Assembly (NCBI GenBank): GCA_965214095.1
Contig: OZ243938.1
Location: forward strand, 3,552,001 to 3,616,000
DNA from: Candidatus Poribacteria bacterium
GTDB taxonomy: Bacteria; Poribacteria; WGA-4E; WGA-3G
Reading direction: 5' to 3'
DNA length: 64,000 bases
Shown: piece by piece, positions 42,248 through 53,000 of the stretch
Numbering within the stretch: position 1 is the stretch's first letter
Layout: every line of letters starts with the position of its first letter
The notes under the pieces: model-generated
Database searches by the model: none
What the model was told of the DNA's origin: nothing
What the model saw: the letters and a program-made list of their open reading frames with translations, nothing else
Program-made: the position numbers and the translations under genes

Positions 42248-43120
42248 TCAACAGGGTAGATGGAGGAAGGTTATCACCTGATTTGTGCGCGGAATTCGAC
42301 GAGAGTGTTCAATAACCCTATTGTCTATCACTTCACTTAATCGGTGATTTTTCGGTTGACACCAGTAATTTAATGGAACATCATCCATTATTTCGTTAAT
42401 ACCTGATGCCTTAGTAAATTGAGATGCTAACGCATCTGGATGGAGCCGTTGTCCGCTAACGAGGTAACAATCCTCGTTTTCACGAAACCCATCTGAATAC
42501 GCGAAGTAACGAATAACCCCCGCCTCAGAAAACACAATTGCACAAATAAGATCCGATAATCTTGTATAATGAATTGCAGTGCTTGTCAAAGACGTGCCGT
42601 ACTGAGAAGCGAGTTTTGCAATCGCTGGCAACCCGACTTGTTGAAGCGATGATAGATCTGCCAAAAAGATGGGACTCGGCATCAACAATTCAGCAGCGAA
42701 TCGGTTTGCGCGTTGCTCACTCAGGAGATAAGTTTGTTTTTGTAACCGACCTTTTTCTGTATCACATTCTTGTGCAGCAATCATAGCGTTTAACCGTTCA
42801 TCTAATGAACAAGAACGAACGGTATCAGGTTCTAACAGATAATGTCCGATTTCATGTGCAATCGTAAAATTCTGTCGCGCTTCGGATCGGATACGCGCAT
42901 TGACGAGAATACCACATGCATTTCCAATCCGCATCAACCATCCATCACAGGTCTCCGGAAGTTCGCGTTCCCAGACCACAATTCCAAGTCCTGATGCAAT
43001 TTGTCTCGGATTTATAGGAAAATCTTGTATACTAAGGTCGCGAAGACAGCCCCACGCCTTTGATGCAGGGCTGCCCTTTGCATGTCGTAAACGACTACGC
43101 AGCATCCGCGCACTCTTCAT
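42248..43120 (-). CDS. ImmA/IrrE family Zn metallopeptidase
   Basis: NFTIAHEIGH, E.RANRFAAELLMP, TSLTS; start uncertain (43120 or 43105). Confidence 0.85.
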   Translation of the reverse strand: MKSARMLRSRLRHAKGSPASKAWGCLRDLSIQDFPINPRQIASGLGIVVWERELPETCDGWLMRIGNACGILVNARIRSEARQNFTIAHEIGHYLLEPDTVRSCSLDERLNAMIAAQECDTEKGRLQKQTYLLSEQRANRFAAELLMPSPIFLADLSSLQQVGLPAIAKLASQYGTSLTSTAIHYTRLSDLICAIVFSEAGVIRYFAYSDGFRENEDCYLVSGQRLHPDALASQFTKASGINEIMDDVPLNYWCQPKNHRLSEVIDNRVIEHSRRIPRTNQVITFLHLPC

Positions 43121-43457
43121 CTGTGTTGTCCGCTTGATGTTTGAGGAATTTATAATGTTCATAGAGTGTTTCTTTATCTTTTTCTGTGAAATCCATCATC
43201 CCTCTAAACATTACATTGAGCCTCGGATCAGCCATTAAATCTTCATAACCGCGCTCTTTTTTACCAAGCAGGAAGTCTGTTGTTACCTTCAAGGCATCAG
43301 ATAGACTGGAGAGTGTATTAAAAGAGGGTTTTCGAGTTCCGGACTCAAATTGAGAGATAGCAGCAGGCGTTAAATTCGCTGCTTTTGCCAATTCCGTTTG
43401 TGTCATTTTTAGTTCACGTCGACGTTCTTTTATTCGTGAAATTACTTCATCGCTCAT
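43095..43457 (-). CDS. XRE family HTH transcriptional regulator
   Basis: RIKERRRELKMTQTELA..ANLTPAAISQFESG.RKPS...DFLLG. Confidence 0.92.
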   Translation of the reverse strand: MSDEVISRIKERRRELKMTQTELAKAANLTPAAISQFESGTRKPSFNTLSSLSDALKVTTDFLLGKKERGYEDLMADPRLNVMFRGMMDFTEKDKETLYEHYKFLKHQADNTDEECADAA

Positions 43458-43626
43458 TGTTTTACTCCTTCTCTTTATAGAAATTAAAATAGCATTTTTT
43501 TAACTTGAAACAAAAATCAATTAACATTTGAACAAAGTTTCTTATGCATTAAAAGCGTGAAATATAGTTTAACACAAAATGTCATTGAATGCAACCCTTT
43601 TATCACATTTTTCTGAAAAAAATAGT

Positions 43627-43672
43627 TAGTGTTCTGTCTACACTAATCTTGTCCGAATGGACACTCCACTAG
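43627..43672. repeat. 'Empty' 46-bp shell element matching the flanks of 3095-3225
   Basis: TAGTGTTCTGTCTACACTAATCTTGTCCGAATGGACACTCCACTAG. Confidence 0.75.
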
Positions 43673-43735
43673 GATATTAGCAAAACTGATTTTATCTGCC
43701 AGTATTACGGAATAGATCAAATATTTGTATGGTAT

Positions 43736-44908
43736 TTATCGTCCATATTGCTTCATTACCTTTTTCAACGGCTCTAGTGGTATAGCATGCATTGTCCGAC
43801 CATTCCGTCCAGTCATTGTCGTTGCCATTGTCATTGAATTTATAACCGCCTCCTCAGTTGCCTCAATAGCAGCCTCAAAAAGAGAACTCAAACGACTGTT
43901 GACAACCATGTTGATCTTGAATGTACCGCTTTCTGTATAACGTGGAAAAACATTTGCAGTTGAAAACGCTATGACGAACTCTCCACTGCTATCAGTGCTT
44001 GGTGTACCAGTCCGTGCAAGACCGTGTGTCGCACGGATTGCCAACTGTTTCAACTGACGGTGTGACAATGGTGCATCCGTGGCAATAACAATAATAAACG
44101 AACCATCCCTACCAGGTTTAGGTTGATCCGCTTCCAATGCCTTACCAACAGGGACACCATCAATCCGTAACTGATGTCGTCGTCCACCATTAGCGTTTAC
44201 CAAAACGCCGACTTTCCAACCGCCACTGTTTTGCGGTAACACTCGCGAGGCAGTGCCGATTCCAGCTTTGAACCCATAGGTACGCATCCCTGTTCCACCA
44301 CCGACACATCCTTCCGCTACAGGACCAGATGTCGATTTCTCAATTGCTTCAATGGCGTGTTCTGGTTTTACGTGTAATCCACTGATGTCATTCAGACCAC
44401 CATCATAGCATTCTGCGACTATAGGAAGCACGATGTTATCGTCAGGATAGTGTTTGATGATGTATCGGACAACTCCGTCGTGGACTGCACCCACACTGAG
44501 CGTATTTGTTAGCAAAATTGGTGACTCAATCCATCCAGCTTGGTTAATTCGGGCAATACCAGTAGATTCACCATTGCCGTGGATTGTATGCGCTGCACCA
44601 AACAAACGGGATTTCCAAATATCATCGTGTGGGAGAATAGCTGTAACACCTGTGCGTATGGAATCCCCTTTGTTTAAGGTAATATGTCCTACCTTGACAC
44701 CAGCGACATCAGTAATGGCATTATGTTCGCCAGTTGGATATATACCGATTTGGATGCCAAGTTCTCTTGCCCTTACGCGCTGTGTCTCTGTCTCTTGGGC
44801 ACTTATTGAGTATGTCAATAGTATCAATAATCCAAAAAGATACAAATGGACGAGTATTTTAAAGCAGACAGTGACTTTTGACTGTTTGAGAATAATAGGT
44901 GTGGTCAT
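43736..44908 (-). CDS. DmpA/P1 family aminopeptidase (peptidase S58), probably exported
   Basis: RARELG, NAITDVAGVKVGH, RTGVTAI, EGCVGGGTGM, G|S autocleavage DGSFIIVIATDAP. Confidence 0.9.
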   Translation of the reverse strand: MTTPIILKQSKVTVCFKILVHLYLFGLLILLTYSISAQETETQRVRARELGIQIGIYPTGEHNAITDVAGVKVGHITLNKGDSIRTGVTAILPHDDIWKSRLFGAAHTIHGNGESTGIARINQAGWIESPILLTNTLSVGAVHDGVVRYIIKHYPDDNIVLPIVAECYDGGLNDISGLHVKPEHAIEAIEKSTSGPVAEGCVGGGTGMRTYGFKAGIGTASRVLPQNSGGWKVGVLVNANGGRRHQLRIDGVPVGKALEADQPKPGRDGSFIIVIATDAPLSHRQLKQLAIRATHGLARTGTPSTDSSGEFVIAFSTANVFPRYTESGTFKINMVVNSRLSSLFEAAIEATEEAVINSMTMATTMTGRNGRTMHAIPLEPLKKVMKQYGR

Positions 44909-45435
44909 ATATTAAGTTGCTCCCGATAGATAGTACGAATATGATTGAATATATTGATGTATGTAGGCAAACGATAGTCCGGATAGGTCCATTCCCACGG
45001 TTGGAACGTTTTTTGATAATAACGAAGTGTAATTTCCGCATAGATTCCATCGCTGAGATAGATACGGTGTGCATGGTCTTTTGTTGAGGCAAGGACTAAC
45101 TTCGCTAAACAGATGTATCCGACATCTAAGTTGACACGCCGCTGTGTTGTGCCTTCTGTTAAGTATGTTTGTTCTACCTGATTGGTATATAGTTTTTGGA
45201 GTGCAAGTGTGCCAGGATCGATCAGGTTTTCAAAACTGATAAATTGTCTATGAATATCTTTTCCCATTTCGTCTTCATAGTAATTTGTACTTGTGAAGGG
45301 GAATAGTTCGCTTGTATAGTCAATGTTCCCAAAGTGATCTGTAAGTTGATGATAGACAGCTGGCAAGATTGATGGTGCCGCTGTTAGAACACCGATGATT
45401 GCTTTCACTGGAAATTGTTCAATAATCGTTCCCAT
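44905..45435 (-). CDS. DUF4416 family protein
   Basis: TNYYEDEMG, RRVNLDVGY, VLASTKD.AHRIYLSDGIYAE, WTYPDY. Confidence 0.85.
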   Translation of the reverse strand: MGTIIEQFPVKAIIGVLTAAPSILPAVYHQLTDHFGNIDYTSELFPFTSTNYYEDEMGKDIHRQFISFENLIDPGTLALQKLYTNQVEQTYLTEGTTQRRVNLDVGYICLAKLVLASTKDHAHRIYLSDGIYAEITLRYYQKTFQPWEWTYPDYRLPTYINIFNHIRTIYREQLNI

Positions 45436-45539
45436 AAATATATTCTTAGTAGGCAATCTGTAAAGCAGATAGATATTCTACATAATTAAAGCAAATTGTA
45501 CGCCAATATGTAAAAAATCCACAATTTTCGCATTTTTTC

Positions 45540-45568
45540 TTGACAATTTATCATCTGAAAGGTATAAT
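45540..45568 (+). promoter_or_regulatory. Consensus sigma70 promoter of rpoBC
   Basis: TTGACA-17 nt-TATAAT, about 350 nt upstream of the rpoB ATG. Confidence 0.8.
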
Positions 45569-45923
45569 ATTACGTTACGCCTTAAAGAAGTTTCTAAAGT
45601 AAACGCAATAACATGCTTCTTTGTAGTGAAGTATATAACTTCTTCAAAAAATAGGCAACTATTTTATAGTTAAATGGAAAATTGTCATAATTATTTGGTA
45701 TTTACCGTAGGTCGTCAGGTACTTCATCCGCATTTTCTGTCAGGTATGTGAAGTCAAGTGATGTTTCGCGCCTACTATTATTTAATCTCCTAATTAGGTA
45801 AGTCGTTTTCACATACTACTCCATTTCTACAAATTATAATAGAATTTTCTGTCAACTCGTTTGAAACTGAAGTCCAGTCGTTAAAACCTTCAATCCATCC
45901 GCTACCTTGCAAGGTGAATATAT

Positions 45924-48900
45924 ATGCCCAACAAAACTAAATCTAATGGAAGTTCTGCTTCATTACGACAGCGCGTTTCCTTTGCCAAAACCCCCACGGT
46001 CCTTGAACTGCCTGACTTAATTGAGACCCAAAAACGTTCTTATGCATCATTTATGCAGCGTGATGTACCAGAAGATGAACGCGAAACAAAAGGTCTACAG
46101 GCATTGTTCAAAGAAGTTTTTCCGATTTATGACTTTAAAGAAACTACAAGTCTCGAATTTGTTAGTTACACACTCAGTTCACCGACACATGATCTTACGG
46201 ACTGCCAAGCGCGCGGTCTAAACTATCAGGTGCGATTACAAGCACGACTGATGTGTGTTGAACGTGAAAAAGATGAAGACACAGGACAGACTCGGGTGTT
46301 GGACATTACCGAATCGGATGTCTATCTTGGCGATATCCCGCTAATGACTGAAAATGGAACATTTATTGTCAATGGTTCTGAACGTGTGATTGTTAATCAA
46401 TTACAACGTTCCCCCGGTGTGATTTTTCTTGATAAATCGCATGCATCAAGCGTGCAGAAACTCCCCACAGGTCAGATTATTCCATACCGCGGTGCATGGA
46501 TAGAGTTTGAATTCGATTCAAAGGATTGCATTCATGTCCGTCTTGACCGAAAGAAAAAAATATTGGTTACTGTGCTATTACGTGCACTCGGTTGGCAAAC
46601 AGATGCAGAAATCCTAAAACTTTTCGGTAGCACAGAAATTGTTCCGTTGACACAGGACATTATCGGAAGAGTCATTGCTGAAGATGTTGTTGATTCCAAA
46701 ACAGGTGAAAGACTGTTTGAAGCTAACACAAAATTATCTGAAATAGAATTTGATAGATTAGTGGAAGCTAAAATATCAGAAGTTGAAGTACTAGTGGAAA
46801 CGGATGAACAGGAGTTACGGTTCTTAAGAAATACCCTATCACGCGACACGGTAAAGACAAGTGCTGGTGACTCGTTGCAAGAAAAAGCACTCATTGAGAT
46901 TTTTCGTACATTGAGACCAGGTGATTCACCAACCCGTGACGCAGCATCTACATGTCTGGAACGCCTATTTTTTGATGGTGCCCGTTACGATTTAGGTACT
47001 GTCGGCAGATACAAGATTAACACGAAACTCGGGGACCTACCAGTTTATCAGGATGAATCCGGTGAAATGCCATCTGAGGAGATGCGGGTACTACGTCCAA
47101 CTGATATTGCTGCTACACTACAATATTTGATGGAAATACGTAACGGTCACCGACGTGTAGATGACTTAGACCATCTTGGAAACAGACGAGTACGTGTCAT
47201 AGGTGAACTACTTGAAAATCAGTTTCGTATTGCGTTGTTGCAGATGCGTCGTGCAGCACGTGAGAAGCTTAGTACAACGACAGATGCGCAGCTAAAGAAC
47301 CCCAAAAATTTAGTGAACCCCAAACCACTTATAATGTCGCTTCGAGAGTTTTTCGGTTCTAACCAACTTTCACAATTCATGCAACAGATCAATCCGTTGG
47401 ATGAACTCACGCATAAACGTCGTATTTCTGCGATCGGACCTGGCGGACTGCACCGGGACCGAGCAACAGCAGCAGTGCGAGATGTCCATCGTACTCACTA
47501 TGGACGTGTCTGTCCGTTAGAAACACCCGAAGGTCCTTCAATTGGTCTCATCGTGTCGTTAGCAACGTTTGCACGGGTCAATCCGTATGGATTTTTGGAA
47601 ACACCATATCGTGCTATACGTAACGGGAAAGTTACGAAAGATGTAGAATACTTAACGGCTGATGCAGAGGACAAGTATAATATTGCCCCAGCAGACGCAC
47701 TTAAAAAAGGCAGAAGAGCGAAAATCCTACGAAGCCGTAAAGGCGAAGAAGTGATTGAACGCGAAATTTCAGACATTGACTATATCGGGATTGCTCCACA
47801 ACAGATTGTCGGTGTTTCTGCCGCACTCGTTCCCTTCTTGGAACACGAAGATGCTAACCGCGCACTTATGGGGGCAAATCACCAACGTCAAGCCGTACCA
47901 TTAATCTCACCAGAGGCTCCGTGGGTCGGCACCGGCATGGAACATCGGGCAGCACGGGATGCGAATGCAATGGTAGTCGCACACCGTGGTGGTGTTGTCA
48001 CAAGTGTTGACGCTGAAGAGATCTTGATCCGCACAGGGCAAGCACTTCATCTTGAAGAAGGTGAGCACACATTCAGTGAAATGGGGTACGATGTTTATAA
48101 ACTGAAAAACTTTAAACGCAGTAATAGCGGTACATGCATACACCAACGTCCACGCATAGAAATCGGTGATGTTATAGAAAAAGGTGATGTTATTGCCGAT
48201 GGCACTTCTACAGAGAGTGGTGAACTTGCACTCGGAAGAAATATCCTCTGTGCTTATATGCCGTGGGGCGGCCATAACTTTGAAGACTCTATTCTTATCA
48301 GTGAGTCGCTTATTAAGAACGACACTTTTACCTCTATCCATATTGAAGAATTTGAAGTTGCTGCCAGACAAACGAAAATGGGGGACGAGGAGATTACACG
48401 CGATATTCCAAACATGTCCGCTCGCAGTCTCGCACAACTTGATGAAGAAGGTGTCATTCGTATAGGCAGTGTCGTCGGAACAGGTAGTATTCTTGTCGGC
48501 AAAATCTCCCCGAAAGGTGAAGCAGAATACGGTCCTGAAGAGAAACTCCTACGCGCAATCTTCGGTGAAAAAGTTAAAGAGGTCAAAGATGCATCCGCAT
48601 ACACCCGGCCTGGTGTTGAAGGTGTTGTCATAGATGTAAAGGTGTTTTCTCGTCAAGCCACCGCTAACAGTGAGCGAACTGCTTTGCATCAAGATAATCT
48701 TAGGAAACAAATTCAGCAGACATGGCATGAACAGTGTCAACAGATCGCTGAACGTCTAACAGAAGAGATGCGAGAGACTTTAGTCAACAAAGAGCTCGCT
48801 TATCCGACAACAATTGGGATTAATAATAATAACATTGAAGATACAGAAAACGCAGTAACGCCAGACCAGTTGGAAGCGGGTGATGTGTTAACTCGTGAGT

Positions 48901-49949
48901 ATCTCGCCGGACTATCACAAAGTGAACTTGAAGGACTTCAGGTTACTGACGCGGATGCTACTACATATATCCAAAGCCTGCAAGAACTCGCTAAAGGGAG
49001 AATTGTCGTATATACACAGGAAAAAGATGCCGCATTAGAAAAACTTGAAGCAGGTGAAGAATTAAAACCTGGTGTCCTGAAACTTGTAAAAGTTTATGTC
49101 GCAAGCCGTCGTTCCATTTCTATCGGAGATAAGATGGCTGGACGTTATGGCAATAAGGGTGTTGTTGCACAGATTTTACCTGAAGAAGATATGCCTTACC
49201 TACCGGATGGAACGCCTGTTGATATAGTCTTAAATCCGCTCGGTGTGCCTTCTCGGATGAATGTTGGGCAAATCCTTGAGATTCATTTAGGTTTAGCCTG
49301 TAAGGAACTCGGTTTGCATATTTCATCCCCTGTGTTTGATGGTGCTACAGAGGTTGAGGTATTTGAGATGTTAGAGAAAACAGAATTGCCTGAAAATGTC
49401 AAAAAAACTGGGAAAAGTGTCTTATACGATGGACGAACTGGCGATGCGTTTGGGCAGGAAGTCACAGTCGGTTATGTCTATTTCCTTAAGTTAAACCACC
49501 TTGTAGCGGATAAGATGCATGCACGGTCAACCGGTCCTTATTCACTTGTAACACAGCAACCTCTTGGTGGAAAAGCACAGCATGGCGGTCAACGTCTCGG
49601 TGAAATGGAAGTATGGGCATTGGAAGCTTACGGTGCCGCACATACATTACAAGAGATGTTAACTATCAAGTCCGATGACGTTAAAGGTAGAACGAAAATC
49701 TATGAATCTATTGTAAAAGGACAGAGTCCAATGAAACCCGGCACTCCTGAATCATTTAATGTGTTGGTCCGCGAACTGCAAAGTCTCGGTTTAAATGTTG
49801 AACTGACTGAAGGTGATCCTGATGTAGACGCTGAACAGAGCGGACTCGGTGATACAGACTTCCCACTCCTACATACATTGGATACAATGGAACCCATAGA
49901 GGATGAACCACCACTAAAACTCACCTGGGATATTGACGATTCCGAATAG
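45924..49949 (+). CDS. rpoB: RNA polymerase beta subunit
   Basis: GTFIVNGSERV, LGNRRVR, ETPEG, GDKMAGRYGNKG, GGQRLGEME. Confidence 0.98.
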   Translation: MPNKTKSNGSSASLRQRVSFAKTPTVLELPDLIETQKRSYASFMQRDVPEDERETKGLQALFKEVFPIYDFKETTSLEFVSYTLSSPTHDLTDCQARGLNYQVRLQARLMCVEREKDEDTGQTRVLDITESDVYLGDIPLMTENGTFIVNGSERVIVNQLQRSPGVIFLDKSHASSVQKLPTGQIIPYRGAWIEFEFDSKDCIHVRLDRKKKILVTVLLRALGWQTDAEILKLFGSTEIVPLTQDIIGRVIAEDVVDSKTGERLFEANTKLSEIEFDRLVEAKISEVEVLVETDEQELRFLRNTLSRDTVKTSAGDSLQEKALIEIFRTLRPGDSPTRDAASTCLERLFFDGARYDLGTVGRYKINTKLGDLPVYQDESGEMPSEEMRVLRPTDIAATLQYLMEIRNGHRRVDDLDHLGNRRVRVIGELLENQFRIALLQMRRAAREKLSTTTDAQLKNPKNLVNPKPLIMSLREFFGSNQLSQFMQQINPLDELTHKRRISAIGPGGLHRDRATAAVRDVHRTHYGRVCPLETPEGPSIGLIVSLATFARVNPYGFLETPYRAIRNGKVTKDVEYLTADAEDKYNIAPADALKKGRRAKILRSRKGEEVIEREISDIDYIGIAPQQIVGVSAALVPFLEHEDANRALMGANHQRQAVPLISPEAPWVGTGMEHRAARDANAMVVAHRGGVVTSVDAEEILIRTGQALHLEEGEHTFSEMGYDVYKLKNFKRSNSGTCIHQRPRIEIGDVIEKGDVIADGTSTESGELALGRNILCAYMPWGGHNFEDSILISESLIKNDTFTSIHIEEFEVAARQTKMGDEEITRDIPNMSARSLAQLDEEGVIRIGSVVGTGSILVGKISPKGEAEYGPEEKLLRAIFGEKVKEVKDASAYTRPGVEGVVIDVKVFSRQATANSERTALHQDNLRKQIQQTWHEQCQQIAERLTEEMRETLVNKELAYPTTIGINNNNIEDTENAVTPDQLEAGDVLTREYLAGLSQSELEGLQVTDADATTYIQSLQELAKGRIVVYTQEKDAALEKLEAGEELKPGVLKLVKVYVASRRSISIGDKMAGRYGNKGVVAQILPEEDMPYLPDGTPVDIVLNPLGVPSRMNVGQILEIHLGLACKELGLHISSPVFDGATEVEVFEMLEKTELPENVKKTGKSVLYDGRTGDAFGQEVTVGYVYFLKLNHLVADKMHARSTGPYSLVTQQPLGGKAQHGGQRLGEMEVWALEAYGAAHTLQEMLTIKSDDVKGRTKIYESIVKGQSPMKPGTPESFNVLVRELQSLGLNVELTEGDPDVDAEQSGLGDTDFPLLHTLDTMEPIEDEPPLKLTWDIDDSE

Positions 49950-50075
49950 TTTAAGACTGAAGTGACTATCGGTTTTCGTAAAGAGAATTGCTGAAAATCA
50001 CACATCTCTTTAAAGAAAACTGATAGTTTACTGCCGAGAACCATTCCCACACTCATTATTAAGGAGAAGAAAGAA

Positions 50076-53000
50076 ATGGCAGACAAAGAAAATCGATTTA
50101 ATCGTATATCTATTAGTATCGCCTCCCCTGAACAGATAAAGGATTGGGCAAAACGCACGTCCTGTAAGCGACGGAATCCGGCAAATGATGTATGGACATG
50201 TGCTGAAAAAGGCACTTGTGATTGCGGTGAAATCAAAAAAGCCGAAACTATTAATTATCGCAGTTTTCGCCCGGAGCAACAAGGTCTATTCTGTGAAGCT
50301 ACATTTGGTCCACAGAAAGATTTTGAGTGCAGTTGTGGAAAGTACAAACGTATTAAGCACAAAGGACTAATCTGTGACCAGTGTGGGGTTGAAGTTACAA
50401 AGTCTCAGGTTAGAAGAGAACGGCTCGGTTACATAAAACTTGCAACACCAGTATCTCATATATGGTTTTTCAAAGGGATACCATCCAGACTCGGCACATT
50501 CTTGGAACTTGCATCGCGCCAAGTCGAGAGAGTTCTCTACTTTGAAGCTTTTATTGTCACAGAGGTAACTGATGACAACTGCGGTTTAGCTGAAAAAGAT
50601 ATTCTTACTGAACCAGAAGTTATTGCAAAGCAACGCGAATTCCCCGATGCCTTTAAAGCTGGAACTGGAGCTGAGGCGATACAGGAACTGCTAAGTAAAA
50701 TTGACCTACCAGAAGATGTTAAAAAGTTTAAAGGAGAACTTGAGGAGACTTCAAGCCATCAGAAAAAAGTTAAACTCTCAAAACAATTGAAGATGGTCGC
50801 AGGTTTCGAAAAAGCAAGCATGCAACCCGATTGGATGATCCTTGAAGTGCTTCCAGTGATTAGTCCTGACCTACGTCCATTAGTATCTTTAGAAGGTGGT
50901 AGATTTGCTACAAGTGACCTGAACGATTTATACCGTCGCGTTATTAATAGGAACAACCGCCTACAGAAACTAATTGATCTACGTTCACCAGAAGTTATCC
51001 TCCGTAACGAAAAACGGATGCTTCAGGAATCTGTTGACGCGTTTTTGGATAACGGAAGACATGGACGCAAAGTCACAGGTCCGGGTAAACGCGCCCTAAA
51101 ATCTTTGTCTGATATTCTTAAAGGTAAAGTCGGACGGTTCCGTCAAAATTTGCTTGGGAAACGTGTGGACTATTCTGGCAGAAGTGTGATTGTCGTCGGT
51201 CCTGAATTAGAACTGCATCAGTGTGGCATACCGAAGTTAATGGCTGTGGAACTTTTCAAACCTTTCATTATTGAGAAACTGATGACATCGGGAGAAGCGC
51301 AGACTATAAAACGGGGCAAGCACTTGACCGATCACGTCACACCTGACTCGCCTGTCTGGGAGGCATTGGAGGAAGTCATCGCTGACCACCCTGTCCTCTT
51401 AAATCGTCCACCGACACTTCATCGTCTCGGAATTCAGGCGTTTATGCCTGTGCTGGTTGAAGGAAAATCCATACGAATTCCGCCACTTGTTTGTAAGGCA
51501 TTCAATGCTGATTTTGATGGAGACCAGATGGCTGTTCATGTGCCGCTCTCTATTGAGGCTCGTACGGAAGCAAAGATGTTACTGCTCAGTAGTGGGAACA
51601 TTCTAAAACCTTCCCACGGAGAACCCATTGCAGTTCCCGAACTTGACATGATTTTAGGGGCAAGTTTTCTTACCAAAGAACTTCCCGATCACAGAGAACA
51701 AGCAGAAAAACTACACGCTGCTTATGCTGATAGCTCCGATAAAAATAAGGTGTTCGCAACATTAGAAAGCGAGACTTGGGCAAAAAGACGGTTTACAACA
51801 CTTGATGAGGTTACACACGCACACGGTTGCGGCACGATCAAACTCCATGATTCTGTGGTTCTCTTTTTCAAAGAACATCGTGAACCTATCCTCACTACTG
51901 TCGGACGCGTTATTTTCAATGAAGTACTGCCTCATACAAACGGTACAGTTTCACTCTCATGGCCAGATGAAATATCAGGTCTTGAATTACCATTCTTCAA
52001 TGAGGAAGCACGAGGAAGACGGCTGTCAGAACTTGTCAAACAGTGTTTCAATGAGCTTGGGACTGCTGAAACTGTTTCTCTATTAGATCGATTACAGAAG
52101 CTTAGTTTTGAATATGCAACGCGGAGTGGCATTTCTCCGGGTATTAAGGACTATTTGATACCTGAAGAGAAGAAAAAAATCCTCAGGGATGCTCAGAAAC
52201 AGATTGATCTTCTCAGACAGCAAGAGGACCTTGAGGCGGAAGAATTTGAAAACGAAAAAATTCGGATATGGTCTGTCGCAGTGAATGAAGTTGGTGAGAC
52301 GTTGTTTACGGAACTCCCAGAAACGAAAGCATATCTGGTTGAACAAGGGAAAGAGGTAGAAGGATTTAGTCCCGTTCATCTGATGGCAGATAGCGGTGCA
52401 CGCGCACGGAAAAATCCATTCTCACAAATCAGTGCAATCGTCGGATTGAAGTCAAGACAAGATGGTGAAATCCTATCCACACCGATACAATCCTCATATC
52501 GCGAAGGTCTAGATGTACTTGATTACTTCACATCTACTTACGGGTCACGAAAAGGATTGGTGGATACGGCTATGAAAACTGCCGCATCCGGATACCTTAC
52601 ACGGAAACTTGTTGATGTCGCACAAGATGTTATGATTACCGAAGATGACTGCGGTACTATGAACGGTATCCTCAAGTTTACCACAGACGCTGGGTCCATC
52701 AGCTTTAAAATTAGTGGACGCATTACAGTTGAACCTGTGGTACATCCGTCAACAAAGGAAATATTGGTAGAAAGTGATACTTTCATTAGTCCACAGTTAG
52801 CACAGAGGATTGAAGCCGCTGAAGTGCCAAGTGTGCGTGTCCGGTCAATATTGACATGTGAGACGGAAAAAGGCGTTTGTGCAAGATGCTACGGTGCTGA
52901 TTTAACTTCGGGGCAACTTGCCAACGTAGGAGAAGCAATTGGTATCATCGCTGCACAATCTATTGGTGAACCCGGCACACAGTTGACAATGCGTACGTTC

